From: Octopus bimaculoides
Taxonomy: Eukaryota
DNA length: 64,000 bases
NCBI RefSeq assembly: GCF_001194135.2
Contig: NC_068981.1
Location: 52,830,207 to 52,894,206, forward strand
Direction: 5' to 3'
Part shown: piece by piece, positions 26,591 through 37,644 of the stretch
How the letters are laid out: every line of letters starts with the position of its first letter
How positions within the stretch are numbered: position 1 is the first letter of the stretch
Made by a program: the position numbers and the translations under genes
Notes under the pieces: model-generated
What the model saw: the letters and a program-made list of their open reading frames with translations, nothing else
Databases searched by the model: none
Told to the model about the DNA's origin: nothing

Positions 26591-26960
26591 TCATAGGATT
26601 TTCGAGCGAGATCGTTGCCAGTGCCCCTGGGCTGGCTGTTGTGTGGGTTACACGTGAAATTTTTCGAGCGAGATCGTTGCCGGTGCCCCTGAACTGGCTC
26701 TTGTGCGGGTGACACATGAAATGCACCATTTTGAGCATGGCCGTTGCCAGTACTACCTGACTGGCCTTCGTGCGGGTGACACGTAAAAGCAGCCACTACA
26801 CTCTCGGAGTGGTTGGCGTTAGGAAGGTCATCCAGCTGTAGAAACTCTGCCAAATCAGATTGGAGCCTGGTGTAGCCATCTGGTTTCACCAGTCCTCAGT
26901 CAAATCGTCCAACCCATGCTAGCATAGAAAGCGGACGTTAAACGATGATGATGATGATGA
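26591..26960 (+). mobile_element. (GAT)n-tailed SINE/RTE-tail repeat copy
   Basis: Same family; the left end is hidden in the 700-N gap. More diverged copies at about 11620-11840, 42543-43260, 46567-46690 and 50040-50285. Confidence 0.8.
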
Positions 26961-27720
26961 CTACTATTTGGAATTTGTATAAATTAAAATTTCAGATCTA
27001 GATATGCTTAATATGAGATTTGTAATTGGAATGCTAAAGAATGGCCAGATATACATTTCATTCACAAAAACCATTGATACACCAATATATTTCATAATTG
27101 TATTAATAAATTCTACATTGTTAAATATGAAAAAATACCAAAATATTAGTATTAATACCAGAAGGCAATCTTTGTATCCTACTTAACTTGGATGTGTGTT
27201 AGAAAATAGAACACTGCATTATTTACCTTGAGAGGAACTCAAGATGAATATTTATATCAAAGTAAATAATGCAGTATTCTGTGTTCAAACACAACTTCCA
27301 AGTTAAGATGGATATAAAGATTATCTTTTGGCATTAATACTGCTTCTGTTGCTATTATTTAGTTTTAATAAGCCTGCTGGCTATTTGCAACATCAGTGTC
27401 TCAATAGACACTGAAATTCTATATATTGTTAACAGGAAAATTTGGCTATTATATTGCTATCGGACATCTACCACTGAGGAGCCCAGGCAGGGCAAAATCA
27501 TGTGATCTGACAATTCTGGTGACCATAGCAGATGGTTCTCATCTATTATCAATATAAATATGAGTGCTTTTATGTACCATGATGAGAGGTCTTCTCAAGG
27601 TAAATAATGCAGTATTCTGTGTTCTAACACAACATCTAAGTTACGTTAGATATAAAGATTGCCTTTTAAAATGTTGTTATAAATATACTATACCTTTCAG
27701 TTTATTTTTTATAATTGTAG

Positions 27721-27787
27721 ATACCTGTTTGCTTTGGGGAAAAACGTTTGGAAAAAAAGCAAAAAAAGATATTTTGTTTTAGTTCAG
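27721..27787 (+). CDS. CADPS: CADPS PH-domain exon (YLFALGKNVWKKSKKRYFVLVQ)
   Basis: ttgtag|A and CAG|gtatat; 67 nt, phase 2-0. Matches GKNVWKRWKKRFFVLVQ. Confidence 0.95.
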
Positions 27788-30049
27788 GTATATTACTTTT
27801 TGTTATTACTTTTAACCACTTTTCAGTTGACCATATTCCTCCCTTATAAATTCATAATCTTGTACCTTTGTAAGAAATTATCTTCATCATTATTTAGTCT
27901 AGAGAGAAGTGTGTCAGTATCCATAGCCCTTCCAAGCCTTCACAGACTTGTGAAGTTAATGCAATAGATGTTTTACAGGTTGATGACCAGAGGGAAACAT
28001 AGATTGGGAGTGAGTTCCAGAAAGTAGCACTTCTAGGCAGGAAGGAAAAATTAGGTAAAGTGTTTTGTATGGAGTTATTGAGTGAAATACAGTAGGGAAA
28101 TATCAACAAGAATTTTGCTAATAAAAGCCTGATAATATCTGAAATTCATGAGATAAAAATGACTAAATGTTGCAAAAAAATGCTGCATGTGTGTCTCTTA
28201 TTTATATATTTTATCCCCTTTTAATAAGAGAACCACATCTACTCAGAGATTCAGTGCTAACTGTAATGAAATGATCCCTTTAAAGAAAAATTGCTTTTAT
28301 TATTTTTGTGCAAGCAGTAAGAATTATGATTCTCAGACAGTATAAAATTATGCTGAGGAGGATAGCAGCAAAAGAATGAGTTATGGTAACCTGTTGTATA
28401 AATGAATTGCTTTTTACTAATATCATATATTACCTGTTGCATTTAGCAATTCTGTTAATAAAGGCCCCTTATGTGATATTGCATAAATAATTTTTCTCAG
28501 GGTTCATTTGATGTTTTTTTTAGCCCTAAAACATCTCTGATCAAACAGGCCTATGATCAAAGACATTTTAGCTGTGACCTTCCCACCATTTATTGCTATT
28601 CTTACAGTTTTAAATAATGTCAGCTGTGATTCAAGGGATTTTTGTCTGCTTTTTTCATGGCACCAGCACTAGTGAAGTCACTATGCAGCTGATAAGAGTA
28701 AAACCCCTTTAACTGAGTGTGGATACAATTGTGAAGCAACATTATGCTAGGAGATGAGGATCTAAAGTATGAAAGAGGAGGTCAAAACAAGTTTTTTTTA
28801 TGTAGAGGAGCTGCATGGCTGCTCTCATTATAACAGAAAAGGTGGAACTAACTGAGGTGAAGATAGAAATAGATAAAAATACTGGTAAGGAAGTGAGTAG
28901 AGACAGAGAATAGGAAGCATATATGAATAGAGATTGCAAGGGTTATAAGAAGAGTGAGAGATGATTAAAGTTAGAGAATGGGTGAGCAGATGAATATAAT
29001 GAAGAATAAGTGTTGAGGAATAAGTAGGGAAGATTAAGTGACAACTGCAGAAATTAGTTTGGGTTGAGGGATGGGTGTAATGACTTGTGGATAAAGAGTT
29101 GGAGGTGACTTACGATACATATCTTTTTGGGAGGTAGCGGAGAACAGGGGATGATTGACAGTTTGTAAAAACAGGTGAAATGAAGAGCAGCAGAATCACA
29201 ATAATGATAGTGTAGATAGGGAAAGGAAGAGAGAGAGAGAGAGGGAGAGGGAGCTGATCTGTGGTTGAGTAGTTTCATGAAGCAGTGTTGGATAAAAATA
29301 TAATCATGTACAACCATATTTAACACATTTCATGTCATACAATCCAATGATTCAGATCATAAATCATAGTGGAATGTATCTTCGCACATTTTGTCTGTTA
29401 AGAAAATTTTTTCTGAGACTGTTTCTGCAACAAATGGTCTTTCCACGTTCAAATGTACACAAATTTGTTAAATATGCTTGTATACACTTATATTTTATTT
29501 AGTGCTGCTTAGTATACTTCTAATTATTTAATTCTCACTTGACCAAGCTTTACTGTTTTTATAATTAAGAATTATCATTCTTGTAGAGCTCTAAAAGACA
29601 ATTCAGTATTCTTAGCTGACAACATTATTCATAGCTAACATATGGTAATATTCATAAGTGTTTAAGTAATGTTACAGATTGTTTCCAGTTAGTTTTGTTG
29701 TATACTATTGAACAGGTATGGTTGTGATATATCCACTGAAGAGAAATTTTGTCCTAAACTATACATCTCAGCCATGTTTTCAACTTTAAGCATTTCATTT
29801 CAATATTAAATTTTAGTTAATCTCATAACTTTAGTCTAAAGATGATAGTAGGACCTCTACATTTTTGTTGACACCAAAAGTCAGATAAATAGCAATTGCT
29901 CTCAAAATAACTCAACCAAATTCCAAAATTAGGCTTTTTACACTCTCTTTAAAGTTATTTCAAGCTTCATTAGTTTTCTTTTTGTTTTTTTTTGTTTTGA
30001 ACTTCCAAAAAGTTGGACATTCCGTTAATAATTGTTAATTGCATTTTAG

Positions 30050-30158
30050 GTATCTCAATACACATTTGCCATGTGTAGTTACAGAGAAAAAAAACCTGAA
30101 CCTACAGAAATGATGCAACTTGATGGATTTACGGTAGACTACACTGAGCCCCATCCTG
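30050..30158 (+). CDS. CADPS: CADPS PH-domain exon ([36 protein letters not shown])
   Basis: ttttag|GTA and CTG|gtaaat; 109 nt, phase 0-1. [15 protein letters not shown] is identical to CAPS. Confidence 0.96.
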
Positions 30159-30829
30159 GTAAATACTACTATAATTTAGAATTAAAATTATCTTGTTTAT
30201 TTATTTACTTAATATTTTTTGTACCTACTTAAATTGTATGGATCTAACTGGTATCAGAAGTCAGTTTGATTCTGTATTTGCACCTTCTTAGTCTTTCCAC
30301 TACTTTATATTTTGGTTTTCTTCACTCTAGTTTTCAGCATATAATAATTTATAGAATTTATTCAGTTTTCACTCACCTCTTTTTATTAGGCTATGCCACT
30401 GTATACTCTTTTGTGAACTGGGTTGATATCATTTGTTTTTGTCATTTGTCTTAATGTTGTACTTCAAGTAAGTCACTTGTAGCTAATCTTGATTCAAGAC
30501 ACTTCATCTTATATTTTCATTTCATAAACGAGTCAAAATTTTCAAGATGTTCTCTGCTGACTCTACTTATTCATTATACTCTCTAATCGCTATTCTCAAC
30601 TCTTAAACGATAAAGATATCTCTTGATTCAGGGAATACACCATCAACATCCACACATCATTTGTACAACTAGTTTTGCTAATGAAGTGTTAGCCTAAAGT
30701 GCAAGTCCTTCTTCAGACTACTTTGAATCCACAGGGTTTAGAGTAGATACTTTTATACAATTTCTGCTTTCACTACTTACTTAATTTTGAGTCGAATTTA
30801 ATCTCTTTCTACATACTAAATCAAGGTCG

Positions 30830-30980
30830 CTATTTAGATTTTGCTTTATTTACTTTTTTTTTAAACTCCAAACACATTTTCCAAGTTTCCAACTTCTTCT
30901 GCATTTCCTCTAGGGATTCATTGATGAGAACCAGGTCACTTGTATATAGAAGTTGCCATGGGAATTCTGATGAAAGGGCT
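30830..30980 (-). mobile_element. RTE RT remnant
   Basis: PWQLLYTSDLVLINESLEEMQKKLETWK resembles PWELLYADDLVLIAESLEEL. Confidence 0.5.
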
Positions 30981-31481
30981 TCAATATCTGGAAGAAAAGT
31001 TGTGGGCTCAGAACCAAATTTTGGTGAATGTAGAATTCTTCTAAACAAGTTACTAACCCTAGCCTGGCTTTTTGAATTTTAACATATTGATTTTTAGTTC
31101 ATTTGTCCAAAAATAACTGTACTATAAAAATTGTGCAGTTTTTCTATTGATAGTTTGGTATTTCTCTTGTTGGCTCAATAGCAACATAATGTTTTTAGTT
31201 TATTCATCAATTCTATGCTTTTAGCATGCTGTAAATGCTTTAAAATCATCCTTTGTGTGATTAATTCAACTAAATCTATTATCATCCCTTGTGACTAACT
31301 AACACTCATAGAAATCTAAATTATTGTTTAAAAAGGTACTGAAAATTGAAGACAATAATTCTGAGAAAAATATTCTAATGATTTTATTACGTATAAGCCA
31401 AAAAAAAAAAAACTAATGAAAATGATGGCTAAAATCCTTATTTTCCTAAATTAAATTTCAGTAAATACAAAATTTTTCAAG

Positions 31482-31511
31482 ACAGTGTAAAACGGAAACT
31501 CAACGTCGTCG
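31482..31511 (+). CDS. CADPS: Candidate 30-nt alternative microexon in the PH domain (DSVKRKLNVV)
   Basis: tttttcaag|AC and TCG|gtaata; phase 1-1 with no stop. A CpG-rich stretch in AT-rich intron. A competing acceptor at 31461 would give a 50-nt exon with a stop. Confidence 0.5.
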
Positions 31512-31655
31512 GTAATATTACTTGTAGACTGAAGCAGTCATCATAATTTTAGTTGTTATTGATGTCAGTGAGGCTGCTGTTACAGTCATTATCATCAACA
31601 TATTCATTATTATTGCTTTCTTTTTCTTTAATTTTTTTCTATTTATCGCCTCTTT

Positions 31656-31687
<32 letters not shown>

Positions 31688-31741
31688 ATACTACTACTAC
31701 TGCTGCTGCTGCTGCTACTACTGCTACTACTGCTGCTGCTG

Positions 31742-31784
<43 letters not shown>

Positions 31785-31808
31785 CACCACCACTGCTACT
31801 GCTGCTGC
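31656..31808. repeat. Composite triplet microsatellite (CTA)n/(CTG)n/(CCA)n
   Basis: Directly visible. It produces the spurious poly-L and poly-V ORFs. Confidence 0.95.
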
Positions 31809-33854
31809 ATTATAATTTCTGCCTTAGCAATGGTTTATGTTCACTGATAACATTTGGTTATTTTTACAAAATAGCTTCCCTTTTTTGCTTCTTTTGTAAA
31901 TTTAAATATCCTAAGTAATCCTACTTGTTAGAGGAGGGAAGGGATATACTGTTTTTCTGACTTTAAATTACAACTAGAATTTCTTCCTATCTATCTATTT
32001 TGTAGCACTTCCATACTACCTTAATCTCTTCAAACAACACTTATCCTTTAATTTGTTAGCTCACTGAAACATTGCTATCCTTTAGAATTAAATACTTGAT
32101 ATTTTTAGGAGATAGCAGTTGTATCATTTCTCTATAATCATCATAAATTTCATTTTAATTTTTTATATTTTCTGCCAAATATTGTGTTTTTTTTTTGCTC
32201 TTTACAAGAAATATATTTTTAAATTGTTCTCTATCTTTCATAATTTTAGTTATTATGTTGCCTTTCGCTCTTACTTCACTGATTTAAATTGTGAGTTTTA
32301 TCTGTGATATTGATGCACTTAGTGAAATGGATAATGCAAATATATAAGAAATATTAATTGCTGTAGATCAAGGAAATGAGTAGATATCATTATGTAGAAA
32401 TTCAGCAATACTAAGCAATGTCATCAGCACAATTAATAGCATATACCTAGTAATTTGATGTATGATCTGTAGATCAAATGTACAACCTCAAAAGGTAAGC
32501 AGATAAATAAAAATGAAGGCTAGTAATAAATGTCATTGATGTTTATAATCTGTAACAATATTTCATGGGCAGTACAAGAAAATTTCAAAGATGAACTTAG
32601 AATTATTAATAATAATGAAGTTTATGATGTTAAAGGATTTTCAACAGAGCAGAACTTACATATATAAAACAATTGCTTTCCTTAATAATTTTATGGTACT
32701 CAGATGTTTCCTTTCTAATCTGCTATATTACTCATTTGAATTTTTGCAAATAGCTACTCACTGAAGGTGAAAGCTGTTCAACTTGTTTGTCCACTTGTGT
32801 ATTGATCAGTACAAGTTAGCTATATTGAATTAAAAAGTGATAAATGTTAACTGAATGATTAAGTATTAGGTTTTGTCACTGGTTGACAGTTAGTTACTAT
32901 CTAAAGATGATGTATGAAATTTATTTAATTGAAAAACAAATCAGACAGATTGATTAACTATATTCTTTGTCAACAGCAAGAGAATATTAACTGTTACTAG
33001 ACCATTTGTGTAATAAATTATGAAAAGAAAATATAATCATCAGTTATCAAACTTCAATAGATTTCCCTTTTTTTTTTCCTCATTTTAACATTTTAACAAG
33101 ATTATTATAACAGGCATCCATAAATGTTTGCATCTTTGAAAAAAAGCATTATTATACTGATACAAGCAACAGGGATCTAATTCTCATAAGAACGCATTCA
33201 ACACAATTTCTCAGTTCATTATTGATTCACTAGCATGGGAAAGAGACAAAAACCAAAACTCATTCTACTTTATTGCAAGGATATGACTTAAATTGTATAA
33301 CATATAAAGTATCTTAGATTAATATAATTTATGAATTGTCTTTAAAAAATTTACTCCTGGGTGAATAATCTACAAGAAATACATAACATAAAAAATGAAA
33401 ATTTATTATTCCCTTAATTTATGGAATGACTGACACATATGAAAATGGATGATATCCAAAGATTAGCAATATAAACTCCAGGAATTTATAGATGAAAGAT
33501 GAAATAAAAAAAGTAAAGAATGGTGTGATGAAAATTAGTAAGCATACATACCATAAAATTCATCTTTCCACCATAAAGAGCTGCAGTAAGAAAAAAAATT
33601 CAAAGATGTAATAAAGTGCTATAACCTGCTGAATAAATCCACCACACCTTTCAGTCCAGTATAACTGGGTGCTTTTGTGGAATAATTTTAAGTATCATTG
33701 AAATTGAGACTTGTGCTTTCTGAGACTTTGTTGCATTGATTAAGAGCCATAAACCACAAATCTTTGGGATTCTAATCTTATTCTAAAGAAATATGAATGA
33801 AATGAGAGAAAATACTGCAATCCTGATTTGATTTATAGAAAAAAGATTATGTAG

Positions 33855-34255
33855 CGTAGGAGTGGCTATGTGGTAAGTAGCTTGCTTACGAATCACATGG
33901 TTCCAGGTTCAGTCCCATTGCGTGGCATCTTGGGCAAGTGTCTTCTACTATAGCCTCGGGCTGACCAAACCCTTGTGAGTTGATTTGGTAGATGGAAACT
34001 GAAAGAAGCCCGTCGTATATATGTGTATATACATATATATGTGTGTGTGTATGTGTTTGTCCCCCCAATATCACTTGACAACTGATGCTGGTATCTTTAC
34101 GTGCCTGTAATTTAGCGGTTCGGCAAAAGAAACCAATAGAATAAGTACTAATAAGTACTAGGCTTACAAAGAATAAGTCATGGGGTTGATTTGCTCAACT
34201 AAAGGCGGTGCTCCAGCATGGCCACAGTCAAATGACTGAAACAAGTAAAAAGAGA
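33855..34255 (+). mobile_element. tRNA-derived SINE with an internal microsatellite
   Basis: A-box-like tggctatgtggt, B-box-like ggttcagtccc, cttgggcaagtgtcttct core and an internal (TA/TG)n tract. Confidence 0.7.
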
Positions 34256-34279
34256 GTAGCACTGTACTATTTAAGCATT

Positions 34280-34481
34280 CTTTTCTACTCCAGGCACAAG
34301 GCTCAAAATCTTTGGGGAGGGGGTCAGTCGATTAGATCAACCCTAGTATGCCACTGGTACTTAATTTATCAACCCTGAAAGGATGAAAGGCAAAGTCGAC
34401 CTCAGCGGAATTTGAACTCAGAACATAAAGACAGACGAAATACCACTAAGCATTTTGCCTGGCATGCTAACATTTCTGCCT
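34280..34481 (-). mobile_element. tRNA-derived SINE with a 17-bp target-site duplication
   Basis: TSD tgtactatttaagcatt at 34263-34279 and 34482-34498. Minus strand has gagttcaaattcc (B box) and gactttgcctttcatcctttcagggttgataaattaagtacc. Confidence 0.82.
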
Positions 34482-34926
34482 TGTACTATTTAAGCATTGA
34501 AAGCAGCAGTTTTATAGGAAATACAACATTGAGTAACTACAGAAAACTTTCTCATTATATTGTGCATTATGATTTGTCAGTCTGATGGAGTTCATCTTTC
34601 CTCAAGATACAACTACTGACTGAAATATCTGGAACAGGGAGCAACTGCAATGTCATAGTCTCAGTTTGTTGAGAGCTTCTCTGTTTTTTTGCAGCACTTT
34701 TTGCATTCCTTATATATATTCCTAAAGTAATACAGGTAAATATTACAAAGAAAAAAAATGAGTTTTATAATTTCACAGTCTTTTACCTTGTAGATATAAT
34801 GTATTCCAGACATGTAGATATCTACTTCAAGCCAAACAGAAAAAAATAATAAAATATCGATGTTCACAGTAATTTTCACACAAATTTTAATGCATTTGGT
34901 TATATTATTCTCTTGCTTTCTAACAG

Positions 34927-35124
34927 AATTCATGGAAGGGGGAAAATATTTCTTCAATATTGTGAAGGAAGGTGACACGGTAACATTTGCTACAGAAGAT
35001 GAAACAGAGCGTACATTGTGGGTTCAAGCAATATATCGAGCTACAGGACAGACACACAAACCTGTACCTCCTGTAATGCAAACTAATAAAATTAGCAATA
35101 CTCAGATATCAAGAATGCAAGGAG
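34927..35124 (+). CDS. CADPS: CADPS exon, end of PH ([49 protein letters not shown]...MQG)
   Basis: taacag|AA and GAG|gtaagt; 198 nt, phase 1-1. Contains the LWVQA.YRATGQ.HKPVPP motif. Confidence 0.96.
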
Positions 35125-35612
35125 GTAAGTTATCATACATACATCTATACCTACATACATATACACAACCATGCATTATGCATGCATGTTCTACTATAGT
35201 TTATATTTTCTAAGTAGGGGTAAAAATCAGATGTTTTTTAATGCTTTTTAATATTGATTTTTGTTTTTATTAATAACATAATTGAAAATTACATTTCAAA
35301 TAAATAACTGTGTAATCAGTTTTTACTTTTTGCTATTGCCTTGATTGTTCAACATTTGAAGTATGTGAATGATCATATATTTAAATTTTATTAATCATTC
35401 CCAGACATTTTATATTTGACTGTCTGGGATTGTGAACTTGTGTGTTGCACCTAAGCATTTGAGTTGCTGTCTTTGTTTGTATGTACTCAACCAGATATAA
35501 TCAGGGTTACTCAGCAGCAACAACAATCCTTAACCTATGTGTCAACAGTTAGGAATATTTTGACAATTTTAATTTCACTATTTTTATTTATTATTATAAA
35601 TTTATTTTCTAG

Positions 35613-35749
35613 ATGCAGATAGAGCCCGAAAACATGGATTAGATGAATTTGTCCAGGCAGATCCATGTCTCTTTGATCATCATGAAATGTTTAGCCTTCT
35701 GCAAAATTTATCTCTTGATTATAGATTAAATGATACTTACACTTCATTA
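35613..35749 (+). CDS. CADPS: CADPS exon (DADRARKHGLDEFVQADPC...RLNDTYTSL)
   Basis: ttctag|AT and TTA|gtaagt; 137 nt, phase 1-0. Matches ADRAQKHGMDEF...HRLNDSYSCL. Confidence 0.95.
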
Positions 35750-36290
35750 GTAAGTATACTTGAACTAATTTTTATGTTATTTCTATCTCGATCGATGCAT
35801 TTATACTAGCACTTTTTAACTGGTGATATTTACAACTTTATCTCAAGAATAGATTAAATCCATAGTTAAAAAAATACAAGTTGAATTAAAGATTTCTTTA
35901 TTTCAGTACATTTATTCAATACAATTATTCAATACAATTATTTCAACTCATTAACAATTTTTCAATAACTTTCTCTAAATTTATTTCCATGATTACTGTA
36001 AATCTTATTTCTGGTATAAAACCAAAAGAATATGCTTTTGATAAATATCTCTAGCAGTCATGGAGAATCAGTAAAGCCTTATTTAAAATCAATCTAAACT
36101 GTATACTTGCTTGTCTTGACAAATAATTTTCTTATATATGTGAGGTTTATGCTTAGGCTATTTTAATGTATCACTTTTGAATTCACAATGTTTAGTTATT
36201 CTTTCATTAATAAAATTTAATAAATCTACTTTAATCTGGTTTTGAGTATGTACCATTCCTATGTCTTTTGACTAAGTTTGCTGTTGAAGT

Positions 36291-36676
36291 GGAGGCGCAA
36301 TGGCCCAGTGGTTAGGGCAGTGGACTCGCGGTCATAGGATCGCGGTTTCGATTCCCAGACCGGACGTTGTGAGTGTTTATTGAGCAAAAACACCTAAAAG
36401 CTCCATGAGGCTCCGGCAGGGGATGGTGGCGAACCCTGCTGTACTCTTCCACCACAACTTTCTCTCACTCTTACTTCCTGTTTCTGTTATGCCTGTAATT
36501 CAAAGGGTCAGCCTTGTCACACTGTGTCACGCTAAATCTCCCCCGAGAACTACGTTAAGGGTACACATGTCTGTAGAGTGCTCAGCCACTTGCATGTTAA
36601 TTTCACGAGCCGGCTGTTCCGTTGATCGGATCAACTGGAACCCTCGACGTCGTAAGCGACGGAGTGCCAACAACAA
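36291..36676 (+). mobile_element. Full-length tRNA-derived SINE with an 11-bp TSD
   Basis: A box tggcccagtggtt, B box ggtttcgattccc, (CAA)n tail. TSD gctgttgaagt at 36280-36290 and 36677-36687. Diverged copies at about 14735-15030 and 44655-44980. Confidence 0.87.
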
Positions 36677-37456
36677 GCTGTTGAAGTAAGATGCCTTCAA
36701 TAGCTAATGACAGTAGATAAATACTGAAATAAATAAAAACAAAGATGTAGAAGCAAAAACATAAAAACTAATGAAAGATGTAAACAAAGATATTTATAAT
36801 TGAAAAATAGGATTTTCATATCATTCCATGAAGTGAGTTTATAATTTAACCAAAATTCCTTCAGCCTCTACCAGTAGCTCATCTTTTGCTTTGAGGCAAA
36901 TTTCTTGTTGCAGCAGCATTGGATTACCTTGAATTCCAAAGTTTGTTTGAGACAATGTAGTAACTTAATTATGGGCATAGTCTAGGCATCACAGAACAAA
37001 TGTCTTTCACAAGACTAACATGGTTTGCTTCTTAGGTGTTTAGTTTTGGGTTTAGTCCCACTATGTAATACCTTGGAAAAGTATCTCCTTCTATAGTCCA
37101 AAGGTGACTAATACTTTGTGAAGGAATTTGAAAAACTGGAACTGAAAGAAGTCTATAGTGTGTGTGTGTGTGTGTGTGTGTGCACGTGTGAATGCTTACA
37201 AAGTATGCTGAGCTTTTGTGCAACCAGTGATGTCCTTTGTCTGCTATTTCTATGCTTTTGAATTCTTCTAGACAAAAAAAAAAAAAATCACTTGCTTGTA
37301 AAACAAGTAAGGATTGACTTGATAAAGAATGTATTACACCTTTATATGTAAAGAAACTATTTCAGCTATTATTAGCCATGAAAATATACATATAAGTGTC
37401 CTTTCTACTCTTTCACATTACTCTTTTATGTTAATATTGTGTATTCATTTATTTAG

Positions 37457-37644
37457 GGTTGGTTTAGTCCAGGCCAAGTTTTTGTCTTGGATGAATATAC
37501 TGCTCGTTATGGTGTCCGGGGTTGTCATCGGCACCTTTGTTATTTGAATGATTTACTGACTCGGGCTGAAAAAGGAACAATGATTGACCCAACCTTAATT
37601 CACTATAGTTTTGCCTTTTGTGCATCCCATGTTCATGGAAATAG
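37457..37644 (+). CDS. CADPS: CADPS exon ([30 protein letters not shown]...[21 protein letters not shown])
   Basis: atttag|GGT and AG|gtaaga; 188 nt, phase 0-2. Highly conserved CAPS segment. Confidence 0.97.

Noticed and set aside
25875-26889. Long ORFs of 260-336 aa in the track
   Set aside because: They consist mostly of X from the 700-N gap plus SINE sequence.
31518-31918. Poly-Val and poly-Leu/Pro ORFs
   Set aside because: They are translations of the triplet microsatellite.
35405-35431. Possible 27-nt in-frame microexon (DILYLTVWD) after a tcccag acceptor
   Set aside because: The donor att|gtgaac is weak and the composition looks intronic. It cannot be supported without junction reads.
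36291-36365. tRNA-like sequence with A and B boxes
   Set aside because: It continues into a SINE body with a (CAA)n tail and a TSD, so it is a SINE head, not a tRNA gene.
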